The notes under the pieces were generated by a model. That model was given only the letters and a program-made list of their open reading frames with translations, made no database searches and had not been told where the DNA came from. Below are positions 13,715 through 23,450 of a DNA stretch of 64,000 nt, piece after piece. The translations under genes were made by a program, and so were the position numbers. Each line of letters starts with the position of its first letter. Positions within the stretch are counted from its first letter, which is position 1. The stretch comes from Candidatus Solincola daggyaiensis (GTDB lineage: Bacteria > Actinomycetota > Geothermincolia > Geothermincolales > RBG-13-55-18): positions 5,752 to 69,751 of the forward strand of contig JACVJD010000002.1 of assembly GCA_015711825.1 (NCBI GenBank), given 5' to 3'.

Positions 13715-14434
13715 TCAACCGATGTACCTTTTCTCAGCTACCCAACCTCCTAAAGCGCCCAGGGGGAGGTAAAGAAAAACGGTAATCAGAATGCCCGCAA
13801 GGTTGAAAACGGGCACGAAGAACTTTCCGGAGATGAGCAGCACGATGATGAGGGAGATCAATGGCTCCCAGAAGAACACCACCGCCGCCACACAGGCCAT
13901 CCCGTACGCCCAGCCTTTGCCGGCGTGCATGGCCTTCATCGAGGCATAGTATCCCGTGAGTATGAGCACTACGGCGTCCGCCAGGTAGAGCATGCCCACA
14001 CCGAAGGTAAAACCGGATTCGCTGCCTCCGAAAGCCGCCCCGAAAATGAAGAGTCCGATCACGAAGTTGACCAAAAAAAGCAGCAAGTAGGCGAGAATGG
14101 AATACTTGAGCACCAGCAACACCATATCGGACCTGCTGCGCTGTCTTGCCCACGAGGGAGCGGACACGCTGGACATGGCGCCGGTATGGCTCATGGCCGC
14201 AGCTCGATAGGGGTCAGCGTACGGGCCTTCTCGTTGGGACAATTCCCGCGAGAGCGCGTGGTAGTCCCCGGGCGAGACGTATTGAGATTGCGGCGGCATC
14301 GCAGGGGGGGCTGATGCAGCCGGCACAACCTCCGCAGGCGTAGAAGGAGCGGAGGGCCCGAATCTCGTAAGGCATAACGAGCAAAAGGCGGAGGAGTCGG
14401 CATTCTCGGCCCCGCAATTCGGGCAAACCTGCAT
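13715..14434 (-). CDS. Zinc-ribbon membrane protein with 4 predicted TM helices; N-terminal paralog of the previous gene
   Basis: MQVCPNCGAENADSSAFCSLC... followed by Pro/Ala-rich linker and 4 hydrophobic helices; start at ATG 14434 preceded by AAAGGAAAG (ORF extends to 14467). Confidence 0.7.
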   Translation of the reverse strand: MQVCPNCGAENADSSAFCSLCLTRFGPSAPSTPAEVVPAASAPPAMPPQSQYVSPGDYHALSRELSQREGPYADPYRAAAMSHTGAMSSVSAPSWARQRSRSDMVLLVLKYSILAYLLLFLVNFVIGLFIFGAAFGGSESGFTFGVGMLYLADAVVLILTGYYASMKAMHAGKGWAYGMACVAAVVFFWEPLISLIIVLLISGKFFVPVFNLAGILITVFLYLPLGALGGWVAEKRYIG

Positions 14435-14819
14435 TTGCTTTCCTTTCTCGCCGTTCCGTTTGTGCACAAGGTTTATCGTCAGGATTAAGCCTCGCCTGTA
14501 ACATGCCCGCCCTCTGGCGACGCCTGTTCACGGGAGCAAGCCCTCAGCATCCCTCGCCCTACCCCTGGCCCTAGACGTCTTATCATCGAAGCACGGGAGA
14601 ACGCAGCCGAAAAACGTTCTTTTCACGCCGTAATCCAGCGAGGTCCGGGAGGGTTTATGCCCTTTTCCGAGCGGGAGTGTATCCGAGACCACCTCTCTCT
14701 ATACATTCCCAAGGAGAAGCGGCAAACATCACCCGGCGGCGAAAAAGCCTCCTTTTAACGCTAAAGGGCGCGTTGCAAAACGCCTATGCCGTACTTCTAA
14801 AGAGAGTTTCTCTTAAAAC

Positions 14820-15173
14820 TCAGGCTTTTCCTTCCCCTTCCTCAGGGCGCAAGTCCAATCTTGCCCCCTGCAGACGGCGGTGAAAGCACGATCTTTCTCC
14901 GGTGTGGCAGGCCGGACCTACCTGTAAGACCTTCACCAGCAACGCGTCTGCGTCGCAGTCGTAAAGGATCTCCCTCACGTACTGGCGGTGCCCTGAGGTC
15001 TCTCCTTTACACCAGAACTCCTGGCGGCTCCTGCTCCAGAACCAGGTGCGGCCGCTCTCCAGGGTGCGGCGCAGGGACTCCTCGTTCATGTAGGCCAGCA
15101 TGAGCACCTCGCCGTTATTCACGTCCTGGATAATGGCGGGCACAAGCCCGTTGGGATCATATTTTATCTCCAT
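14820..15173 (-). CDS. hisI: Phosphoribosyl-AMP cyclohydrolase
   Basis: [17 protein letters not shown]...[19 protein letters not shown]...CHTGERSCF; monofunctional HisI. Confidence 0.9.
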   Translation of the reverse strand: MEIKYDPNGLVPAIIQDVNNGEVLMLAYMNEESLRRTLESGRTWFWSRSRQEFWCKGETSGHRQYVREILYDCDADALLVKVLQVGPACHTGERSCFHRRLQGARLDLRPEEGEGKA

Positions 15174-15945
15174 GTCCGCCCTCCTCTCCTTCCACCGCCT
15201 CCTCGCCGAGGTAAAGGCTCTTTATCTCCTCCCTGCCCAACAGCTCGCGCGCCTCCCCTTCCATGCGCATTTTTCCCGCTCGCATCACATAACCGTAATC
15301 GGAGACACTTAACGCTATCTGCGCGTCCTGCTCGACCAAAAGAAGGGTCAGCCCCTCATCGTGCAGGCGCTTTAGGCAGGCAAAGATATCCCTGATGACC
15401 AGCGGCGCCAATCCCATGGAGGGCTCGTCGAGTAAAAGCAGCCTCGGCTTTGACATCAACGCCCTGCCGATGGCCAACATCTGCTGCTCGCCTCCCGAGA
15501 GCGTCCCCGCCATCTGGTCCTTTCTCTCCTCCAGAACGGGAAAGACATCGTATACCATCTGCAGGTCTTTCTTTATCTCCCCTCCGCTTCTGCGACGGGA
15601 TCGGAGGTAGGCACCGAGCAAGAGATTATCCTCAACCCTCATGCTGGAAAACACCTGGCGGCCCTCGGGCACGTGCGAAATGCCCATCTTGACGATGCGG
15701 TGAGGCTCGAGATTGGTGATGTTCTGCCCCACGTAACGCACCTCCCCATAGCGCACGGGGACAAGGCCGGATATCGCCCTCAACAAAGTGGTCTTTCCCG
15801 CCCCGTTTGCCCCGATGATGGTGGTTATCCGCCCTGCCCTAGCCCAGAGATCCACCGCCCTCAGGGCCTCGATGTTGCCGTAGAACGCGGAAAGACCCTT
15901 TACCTCCAGCATGTCTTCCACCCGTCCCGTTTCTTCATGGACCAT
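15157..15945 (-). CDS. livF: Branched-chain/HAAT-family ABC transporter ATP-binding protein
   Basis: [48 protein letters not shown]; Walker A/B and signature; 3' end overlaps hisI by 17 nt. Confidence 0.85.
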   Translation of the reverse strand: MVHEETGRVEDMLEVKGLSAFYGNIEALRAVDLWARAGRITTIIGANGAGKTTLLRAISGLVPVRYGEVRYVGQNITNLEPHRIVKMGISHVPEGRQVFSSMRVEDNLLLGAYLRSRRRSGGEIKKDLQMVYDVFPVLEERKDQMAGTLSGGEQQMLAIGRALMSKPRLLLLDEPSMGLAPLVIRDIFACLKRLHDEGLTLLLVEQDAQIALSVSDYGYVMRAGKMRMEGEARELLGREEIKSLYLGEEAVEGEEGGHGDKI

Positions 15946-16027
15946 TCCTTTTGTCGCTGGTCATGGGCGCTGGCCGCCGCGAAAACATGGCGTGTGACCG
16001 CACATGGGATGGGAAGCGCGTCGTGCA

Positions 16028-16828
16028 TCAGTCCACCACCGATCCCAGGTAGGCCTCTATCACCCGGGGATCCGATCTGACCTCCTCCGGAGTCCCCTCG
16101 GAGATTATCTCCCCGTAGTCCAGCACCATCACCTTCTCGGATATCCGCATCACCAAGCCCATGTCGTGCTCCACCAGGATCACCGTAATGCCCATATCCC
16201 TCAAGCGGTAGATGATATCTCCTAGTTCCCTGGTTTCGTAGGCGTTCAACCCCGCTGCGGGTTCGTCCAGCAAAAGGACCTTCGGTTGCGTGGCGAGGGC
16301 TCGCGCCAGCTCCAGAAGGCGTTGCTGGCCGAAGGGAAGGTTGCCGGCCAGGCTCTCCCCCTGCATCTCAAGGCCCACGATGTGCAGGAAGCGGTGCGCT
16401 TCCTCACGCATCCACGCTTCCTCGCGCCTTGATGGCGGAAGAGCGAGGGCGCAGGAGAGGAAGCCGCAATGTGTGCGATGGTGCATGGCCACCATCACGT
16501 TCTCCATCACCGACATGTGCGGGAAAAGGCGCACGGTCTGGAAGGTGCGGGCCATACCCATGGCGGTTATGCGATGGGAAGGCAGTCCGGTTATGTCCTT
16601 GCCCGCGAAAAAGATCCTTCCCGCATCGGGTTTGTAGATGCCTGTGAGAAGGTCGTAGAGGGTGGTCTTTCCCGCCCCGTTGGGACCGATGATGGCCCTT
16701 ATCTCACCTTCGTACACCGCGAAGGAGATGTTTTTCACCGCCGTAAGCCCCCCGAAGGCCTTGTAGAGACCGCTGGTCTGAAGTGCGACTCCCTCATGCA
16801 GGGGCGACATGGCCTCTTCGGCAGGCAT
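16028..16828 (-). CDS. livG: HAAT-family ABC transporter ATP-binding protein
   Basis: [43 protein letters not shown]; LivG-type. Confidence 0.85.
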   Translation of the reverse strand: MPAEEAMSPLHEGVALQTSGLYKAFGGLTAVKNISFAVYEGEIRAIIGPNGAGKTTLYDLLTGIYKPDAGRIFFAGKDITGLPSHRITAMGMARTFQTVRLFPHMSVMENVMVAMHHRTHCGFLSCALALPPSRREEAWMREEAHRFLHIVGLEMQGESLAGNLPFGQQRLLELARALATQPKVLLLDEPAAGLNAYETRELGDIIYRLRDMGITVILVEHDMGLVMRISEKVMVLDYGEIISEGTPEEVRSDPRVIEAYLGSVVD

Positions 16829-17938
16829 TTAGTCCACCGCCTTTCTTCGGAAAGGGTTGACGAAGGAGCTACGCCGCCAGCGCACCAGATCGACCATGCC
16901 CTTGGTGATTCCCGAGGGCATGAAGACCATGGTCAACATGATGATGACGCCCAGTATCATACCCTCGTAATTGCTGTACCTCTCCAGCCAATCCGGTACC
17001 TCCCCCAGCCAGCGCGGAAGAGCTTCCACCAGCTTGGGAAGGAAGGTGATCAGGCCCGCCCCGAACACCGAGCCCCAAACGCTTTCCATCCCCCCGATGA
17101 CCACCATGGTCACCAAGGATATGGAGAGGAGGATGGAGAACTGATTGGGGTCGATGAAGCGTTGCAGGTGCGCAAAGAGCCCGCCGGCAAGCCCCCCAAG
17201 GGCCGCGGAGAGGATGAAAACCCGCTTCTTCACCGCTGACACCGGCACCCCCATGGCCTCCGCCGCGACCTCGGATTGATGAAGGGCGCGCATCGCCCTC
17301 CCCACCCGAGAATCGACCAGCCTGGAACAGAGGGCGAGGACGATTATGGCCACTATCCATACGTAGTAAAACTCACCCCGCGTGCTGGTAATCTCGAGGA
17401 AGGGCACGGATAGGTGCGGGATGTTGCGCACCCCGTCGTTCCCTCCCGTGAGCCAGGTCATCTCGCGCAGGAACACGAAAACGACTATGCCCATGGCAAG
17501 CGTGGCCATAGCCAGGTAATGCCCCTTCAAGCGCAGCACCGGCGCAAGCAGGACGCCGAACAGCATCGCGACCAGTATCGCGCAAGGGATCCCCAACCAT
17601 ACCGGAAACCCGACCTTGGTGGTGAGCAGCGCCGAGGTATAGGCGCCGATGCCGAAGAAAGCGCCCTGGCCCAGTGATACCTGCCCCGCGTATCCCATGA
17701 GCAGGTTCAGCCCCACCGCGACGATGGCGTACACTCCCACCAACCGCATGGTCAGGATTATGGGTATGCTCAGCGGTTTGGAAAGAGGTACAGCCCAGGC
17801 GGGCATGACCATGATGAATACCGTGAAGCCCAGCAGGAGCGCGTTTCGCCTCAACATGCCCATCCAGTCCGGTCGCCTTGGCGGAGATCCGTACGAGCCC
17901 CCACGCTTTTTACCCGAGCCGCCGTTGCTTGCGATCAT
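16829..17938 (-). CDS. livM: HAAT-family ABC transporter permease
   Basis: 369 aa polytopic membrane protein with LivM-like core (YAGQVSLGQGAFFGIGAY). Confidence 0.85.
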   Translation of the reverse strand: MIASNGGSGKKRGGSYGSPPRRPDWMGMLRRNALLLGFTVFIMVMPAWAVPLSKPLSIPIILTMRLVGVYAIVAVGLNLLMGYAGQVSLGQGAFFGIGAYTSALLTTKVGFPVWLGIPCAILVAMLFGVLLAPVLRLKGHYLAMATLAMGIVVFVFLREMTWLTGGNDGVRNIPHLSVPFLEITSTRGEFYYVWIVAIIVLALCSRLVDSRVGRAMRALHQSEVAAEAMGVPVSAVKKRVFILSAALGGLAGGLFAHLQRFIDPNQFSILLSISLVTMVVIGGMESVWGSVFGAGLITFLPKLVEALPRWLGEVPDWLERYSNYEGMILGVIIMLTMVFMPSGITKGMVDLVRWRRSSFVNPFRRKAVD

Positions 17939-17939
17939 C

Positions 17940-18866
17940 TCAGACTTTCTCCACTACTCCTCGCCCCAAGATCCCCTGCGGTCTCAACAAAAGAACCGCG
18001 ATAAGCAGTATCGCGGCCACCGCGTCCTTGTAGCCGGTGGAAACACCCAGTACCACGGTGAGAAAACCGGGTATGAGCTCCTCCAAGAGGCCAAGGACGA
18101 TTCCTCCGGTGACGGCTCCGAAGGTGTTTCCAAGACCTCCCACCACCGCCGAGGTAAATCCTTTTACCCCTAGAAAAAGACCCATGGAATAACTGGCGTA
18201 GGGAGCGTTGATAAGTCCCGCCAAACCCCCTAAAGCCGCCGCGAGAACGAAAGAATATAGGGACATGCGCATGACGTTTATGCCCACCAGGCTCGCGGCA
18301 AAGCGATTGACGGAGCAAGCGCGCATGGCCTTTCCGGCTTTGGTGTGGTTGAAGAAAAGGTAAACGGCCGTGACGCTGAGTATGGTCAAGCCGAAGACCC
18401 AGAGGAATTGCCGGGATACCGTCGCTCCGGGCAAGGAGATGTTTCCGGCCGTGAACTCCGGCACCTTGTACGCCTCTTTAGGCCAGAGCACGCGCCCCAA
18501 GGACTTGAAGAAGATGGAAGCGCCTATGGTGGCGATGATGGCCACCAGCGCGCCGGCCCGACGTAGAGGATAGACAAGCAGGCGCTCCATGGCGGCTCCT
18601 ATGATGGCGGTCGAGGCAAGGGCCAGCGGGATCGCCAGAGGGAGAGGCAGCCCCAGCGAGGCCGCGAGGGTATATGCGAGGAGCCCACCGAACATACAGA
18701 ACTCACCTTGGGCGAAATTGATGATGCCGGTGGAATTGAAGACGATGTTAAAGCCCATGGCCACCAGGATATAGATGCAGCCGTTGGCGAGCCCGTTGGC
18801 TATATACTGCGGGCAGTTCCCGAGGAAATCCACCAGCGATCCCAGTTTATCTCTCCCTTTGGACAA
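17940..18866 (-). CDS. livH: HAAT-family ABC transporter permease
   Basis: 308 aa, LivH-like (IINFAQGEFCMFGGLLAY). Confidence 0.85.
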   Translation of the reverse strand: MSKGRDKLGSLVDFLGNCPQYIANGLANGCIYILVAMGFNIVFNSTGIINFAQGEFCMFGGLLAYTLAASLGLPLPLAIPLALASTAIIGAAMERLLVYPLRRAGALVAIIATIGASIFFKSLGRVLWPKEAYKVPEFTAGNISLPGATVSRQFLWVFGLTILSVTAVYLFFNHTKAGKAMRACSVNRFAASLVGINVMRMSLYSFVLAAALGGLAGLINAPYASYSMGLFLGVKGFTSAVVGGLGNTFGAVTGGIVLGLLEELIPGFLTVVLGVSTGYKDAVAAILLIAVLLLRPQGILGRGVVEKV

Positions 18867-18926
18867 AATAAGGGAGGAGGCCGGAGGGAGTCTCCGCCTC
18901 CTCCTTCCGTGCCGTCGTGTCTGCTT

Positions 18927-20117
18927 TTATTCCTTGGCCGGCTCCCATTTCCCGTTGACGATCTCCACCATGGTAAGGTCGTCGGGCGTTAGGCCGTTGT
19001 GATCGGTGGGGCTGTAGTTGAAAACGCCCGCCGTCCCCACCAGGCCCTTGGTGGACTCTATGGCGTCCCTCAACTCCTCGGGAGTGGCGCCGACGCCCGC
19101 CCGCTTAAGGGCCTCGGTGATGATGAGGATGGCATCCCAGCCGTGCCCGGCAAAGGTGTTTATGTTCTCGCCGTATTCCTCGAAATAGGCGTCGGCGAAG
19201 TCCTTGATGAATTCGTACTCCTCGCTGCCGGGCTCCATTATCTTCTGGTAGATGAGCATCTTGCCCGCCGGGAAGACAACCCCGTTGGCCGCCTCTCCCG
19301 CCAGCTCGATGAAAGCCTGGTTGGCTATGCCGTGGCTGCCCACGTAGGGTAGCTTGATTCCCTTGTCACGCATGCGTTTCACGATCTTGGCCGGACCGGG
19401 ATTGGTCCCCCACACCAGCACGACCTCGGGATTGGCGGTCATGGCGTTGGTGAGGTGAGTGTCCATGCCCTCCTCCGACTCCTCCGTCTGGTACCCCTCC
19501 GATACCACCACTTCCAGGCCGTATTCCGGGGCTTCCCTCTCCACCACCGCCTTGCCGTCGGATCCGAAGGGGTTGGTGTCGTAGAGAAGGGCCACTCGCT
19601 TTACCTTGAGCACCTCCGCTATGTAGGAGAGCGCCTTCCTGCCGGCTTCCGTGGCGGTTGGCGGAGTGCGGAATATCCAGGTGATGTCGCCGTCCATGAT
19701 GTTGGCGCCTGCGGCCATGCATACCTGGGGTATTCCCGCCTTCTCCGCCTCCTGCTTCATGGCGATGGTGGTTCCGGTCCCGCTGGACCCGATAACCGCC
19801 ACGGGGTTATCCTGCTCCAGCAGCTCCACCATGGCCTGCTTCGCCTTGTTTGCGTCGCTCTGGTCGTCCTTGATGATCACCTCTACCTCGTGCCCGTCGA
19901 TGCCTCCCGCCTCGTTGAGGCGCTTGACGAAAAGCTTGATGGCATTGCGCTCGGGCTTTCCCAGCGGCTCGTTGGCCCCGCTTTCCGAGAGCACCACGCC
20001 TATCTTTATGGGCTCCTTGCTCCCGCTCTCCTTCTGCCCGCAACCCATCTGAGCCAGCATGGAAGCGAGCAACACACCTGCCAACAACACGGCCACCACG
20101 ATCTTTTTACCGCTCAA
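18927..20117 (-). CDS. livK: HAAT-family periplasmic/lipoprotein amino-acid-binding protein
   Basis: Signal peptide MSGKKIVVAVLLAGVLLASMLAQMGC then type I PBP fold (IKIGVVLSESGANEPLG); TTG start at 20117 after GGGGGTCGAGAGAGA. Confidence 0.85.
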   Translation of the reverse strand: MSGKKIVVAVLLAGVLLASMLAQMGCGQKESGSKEPIKIGVVLSESGANEPLGKPERNAIKLFVKRLNEAGGIDGHEVEVIIKDDQSDANKAKQAMVELLEQDNPVAVIGSSGTGTTIAMKQEAEKAGIPQVCMAAGANIMDGDITWIFRTPPTATEAGRKALSYIAEVLKVKRVALLYDTNPFGSDGKAVVEREAPEYGLEVVVSEGYQTEESEEGMDTHLTNAMTANPEVVLVWGTNPGPAKIVKRMRDKGIKLPYVGSHGIANQAFIELAGEAANGVVFPAGKMLIYQKIMEPGSEEYEFIKDFADAYFEEYGENINTFAGHGWDAILIITEALKRAGVGATPEELRDAIESTKGLVGTAGVFNYSPTDHNGLTPDDLTMVEIVNGKWEPAKE

Positions 20118-20604
20118 TCTCTCTCGACCCCCTTATCCTTCCAAGTTCCCGACCCACACGCGGATAAAAAACAACTATTTTCCGCATGCTCCCGTTATAG
20201 GAGTTATTTCTATCATACGGCCTGCTCTGATGTCCACCATCTTCCCGACCCATGAAGGCCGCGGGATCGCCCTGATCCTTCCAGCCTCTAATAGCCTTTT
20301 CGGTGGGATGAATCATCGACGCCCCCCGCCACAACGGCGTTTTTCGGCCTGGGTCGGCAACAACGCGTTGCGGGAAACCGCAATCTGCATCTGGCGCCTC
20401 CAGGGAACCGGTCTCTACGCAGGCTTTCTGCCGCCGGGACCAGAGGTATTAACTCTCCCGTGCGCACGCCCTCCGTGGCGCCCTAGGGCATGCAAGCCCC
20501 TTCGCTTAAAGTGAGCGCAACGACGGGAAAGGCCACGAGATGCGAGTTACGGTATTCCTCGTGGTAATCGAGGAACGCCAGGAAGCGCCGTCTTCCCGCG
20601 TCTA

Positions 20605-21366
20605 TCAGGCCATCCTCATCGGGATGCCCCGTGAGCGCAGGTATTCTTTGGCCTCGTGTATCCTGTATTCGCCGTAATGGAAGATGGACGCGGCCAGCAC
20701 CGCGTCCGCGCCGGCCTCGAGAATGGCCTCGGCGAGGTGCTCCAGGTTTCCCGCTCCTCCCGAGGCGATGACGGGTAGGTTCACGGCCTCCGTAACCGCG
20801 TATGTGAGCTCGAGGTCGTAGCCGTCCTTGGTGCCGTCGCGATCCATGCTGGTCAGCAGTATCTCTCCGGCTCCAAGGGCTTCGGCGCGCCGAGCCCATT
20901 CCACCGCGTCCAGGCCCGTGGGCGTCCTCCCGCCGTTGACAAACACCTCCCAGGAGCCCCCGGCTCGCCTTTTGGCGTCTATGGCCACCACCACGCATTG
21001 CGCCCCGAACCTGCGTGAGGATAAGGTTATAAGCTCCGGTTCCTTCACCGCAGCGGTATTCAAGGAGACCTTGTCCGCGCCCGTGGCCAGCATTTTCCTG
21101 ATATCCGCCTCGCAACGTAAACCGCCTCCCACCGTGAAAGGGATGAAGACTTTTTCGGCCACGCGAGCCGCCATGTCGAAGACCAGGTCGCGTTCCTCGT
21201 GTGAGGCGGTTATGTCCAGGAACACCAGCTCATCGGCACCCTCGCGATCATAGACGGCCGCCATTTCCACCGGGTCTCCGGCATCCCGCAGGGAAACGAA
21301 GTTGACCCCCTTGACCACGCGTCCCCTGTCCACGTCCAGACAGGGAATGATGCGCTTGGTATGCAC
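20605..21366 (-). CDS. hisF: Imidazole glycerol phosphate synthase cyclase subunit
   Basis: [55 protein letters not shown]. Confidence 0.95.
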   Translation of the reverse strand: MHTKRIIPCLDVDRGRVVKGVNFVSLRDAGDPVEMAAVYDREGADELVFLDITASHEERDLVFDMAARVAEKVFIPFTVGGGLRCEADIRKMLATGADKVSLNTAAVKEPELITLSSRRFGAQCVVVAIDAKRRAGGSWEVFVNGGRTPTGLDAVEWARRAEALGAGEILLTSMDRDGTKDGYDLELTYAVTEAVNLPVIASGGAGNLEHLAEAILEAGADAVLAASIFHYGEYRIHEAKEYLRSRGIPMRMA

Positions 21367-21462
21367 GTTCAGCCTCCTTCAGACCGGTTTGCTCCCGGCC
21401 GCCACTTTTCCTGCAACCCGCGCAGACCGAATGCGCGGAGCACGCCCTTCCGCCTTCTGCGC

Positions 21463-22197
21463 CTAATACTCCTCCAGCTCCAAGGCGCTCGCCAGGTCGA
21501 GGTCACCGCTATACAGCGCCTTGCCCACCACCGCCCCTTCCACGCCTCCGGGCATACGTTTCTTCAAGGCCATGAGGTCATCGAGGCTGGTCACCCCGCC
21601 CGCCGCTATTATCCCCATCCCGCGCCCCAGCAGGGGGTCCAGCGCCGAGGTGTCGTACCCCTCAAGGGTGCCGTCGCGGTTTATGTCGGTGAAGATGATG
21701 CGCCTTGCCCCCAGGGATGAGAGGAACTCCAGAATCTTCACGGGCTCGATATCCGATTCATCCTTCCATCCTCGTAAAGCCACTCTGCCTTCTCGAGCGT
21801 CCACGCTGACGATGACGCGCTCACCGTACCGGCCTATTATCTCCGAGGCGAAATCGCGATCCTCGATGGCCCTGGTCCCGATGATCACCCTGGCGGCCCC
21901 CAGAGACAGCAGGAGCTCCACGTCCTTTCCGCTGCGCACTCCTCCGCCCACCTGCACGGGAACGCTCACCTCCTTCAGGATCGCCCTCACCGTCTCAAGG
22001 TTTACCGGCCTGCCCTCCCGGGCCCCGTCAAGGTCCACTAAATGCAGGAAGGACGCTCCCTCTTTCTCCCAGGCAAGAGCGGATTCCAGGGGATTACGGC
22101 TATAAACGGTCTCTGTTTCCATCTCCCCCCGGTAGAGGCGAACACAGCGCCCTCCCATGATGTCGACGGCGGGATAGATACGGAACAATTCGCTCAC
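21463..22197 (-). CDS. hisA: ProFAR isomerase
   Basis: MSELFRIYPAVDIMGGRCVRLYRGEMETETVYSRNPLESALAWEKEGASFLHLVDLDGA. Confidence 0.9.
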   Translation of the reverse strand: MSELFRIYPAVDIMGGRCVRLYRGEMETETVYSRNPLESALAWEKEGASFLHLVDLDGAREGRPVNLETVRAILKEVSVPVQVGGGVRSGKDVELLLSLGAARVIIGTRAIEDRDFASEIIGRYGERVIVSVDAREGRVALRGWKDESDIEPVKILEFLSSLGARRIIFTDINRDGTLEGYDTSALDPLLGRGMGIIAAGGVTSLDDLMALKKRMPGGVEGAVVGKALYSGDLDLASALELEEY

Positions 22198-22198
22198 C

Positions 22199-22804
22199 TT
22201 ACCTGCACATGGAGGCGAAATTTTCCAGGAGCCGTAAGCCGGCGCTGGAGCTCTTCTCGGGGTGGAACTGCACCGCTACCAGGTTGCCAAGGGCCACGCC
22301 GGACACGAAATCCTCTCCATACTCGGTGAGGGTAATACGGCACTCCTCCTCTTCGGGCACCACGTAATAAGAGTGCACGAAATAAAAATAGGACCCGTCG
22401 GGAATCCCTGCCAGCACCGCATGGTCCTTCGCCTTCCGTATATCGTTCCAACCCATATGGGGGACCTTCACCCGGGGAGGGAATCTCACCACCTCGCCGG
22501 GGATCACCCCCAGGCCAGACACGCCGGGGCTTTCCTCGCTCCGTTCGAAGAGGAGTTGCAGTCCCAGGCAAATGCCCAGGAAAGGAACGCCGGAGGCGAT
22601 GGCCTCGCGGAGAGGATCGGCCAAGCCCCTCTCTTCGAGCTCCTGCACGGCGTCTCCGAAGGCGCCTACGCCGGGAAGCACCAACCCGGAAGCTTCGCGC
22701 AGCGCCTCCGGGTCTGAATCGACGCAGACCTCATGCCCGAGGAAAACGAAGGCCTTCTCCACGCTGCGCAGGTTCCCCATACCGTAATCAACGATGAAGA
22801 TCAT
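22199..22804 (-). CDS. hisH: Imidazole glycerol phosphate synthase glutaminase subunit
   Basis: MIFIVDYGMGNLRSVEKAF...LPGVGAFGDA...GICLGLQLL...H catalytic triad. Confidence 0.9.
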   Translation of the reverse strand: MIFIVDYGMGNLRSVEKAFVFLGHEVCVDSDPEALREASGLVLPGVGAFGDAVQELEERGLADPLREAIASGVPFLGICLGLQLLFERSEESPGVSGLGVIPGEVVRFPPRVKVPHMGWNDIRKAKDHAVLAGIPDGSYFYFVHSYYVVPEEEECRITLTEYGEDFVSGVALGNLVAVQFHPEKSSSAGLRLLENFASMCR

Positions 22805-22822
22805 GGTGGATGCCCCGCCCCC

Positions 22823-23413
22823 TCAAAGGCATCCCTTGCTGGAGGGGGCCCCGCGGTGCCTTTTCGCAGGGCTGACCGCCGCCCCCAGCGCCCTGCCGAT
22901 ACCCTTGAAAGCAGCCTCTATGACGTGATGGGGATTGCCCCCCTCCAGTCCCTTGACGTGAAGGGTTATCCCCGCCTCGTTTACGAAGGCCTGAAGGAAC
23001 TCGCGCAGGCAGGTGGGGTCGAAATCGGATACCAGGCGTGCCGGTAGTTCAAGCTGGTAGGAGAGGTGCGGCCTTCCGCTGAGGTCCACGGACACCCTGC
23101 ATAGCGCCTCATCCATGGGCAGAAGGGCCCACCCGTAGCGCTCGACGCCCTCCTTGGCCCCCAGGGCCTCTTTTAGCGCTCTTCCGAGGCATAGGCCCAC
23201 GTCCTCCACGGTATGGTGCTGGTCCACCTCCAGGTCGCCTGCCGCCTCCAGGTTCAGGTCCATGCAGGCGTGATACGCGAGGAGCTCGAGCATGTGGTCG
23301 AAAAAGCCTATTCCCGTGGAGACCTTGCAGCGGCCTTCGCCGTCCAGGTCCAGGTCCAGCTTAACGCGCGTCTCGGCGGTTTTCCTTTCCAAGGCTGCTC
23401 TTCTCATGCTCAA
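22823..23413 (-). CDS. hisB: Imidazoleglycerol-phosphate dehydratase
   Basis: RKTAETRVKLDLDLDGEG...GIGFFDHMLELLAYHACMDLNLEAAGDLEVDQHHTVEDVG. Confidence 0.9.
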   Translation of the reverse strand: MSMRRAALERKTAETRVKLDLDLDGEGRCKVSTGIGFFDHMLELLAYHACMDLNLEAAGDLEVDQHHTVEDVGLCLGRALKEALGAKEGVERYGWALLPMDEALCRVSVDLSGRPHLSYQLELPARLVSDFDPTCLREFLQAFVNEAGITLHVKGLEGGNPHHVIEAAFKGIGRALGAAVSPAKRHRGAPSSKGCL

Positions 23414-23450
23414 TAGATTAGCATAAAAAACTGGAGGTCGGGGGAACGGC

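Noticed and set aside
14470-14819. Terminator downstream of hisI (AACGCtaaagggcGCGTT and AAGAGAaacTCTCTT hairpins)
   Set aside because: The hairpins are short/AT-rich and not followed by a U-tract on the transcribed (minus) strand, so this is not a convincing intrinsic terminator.
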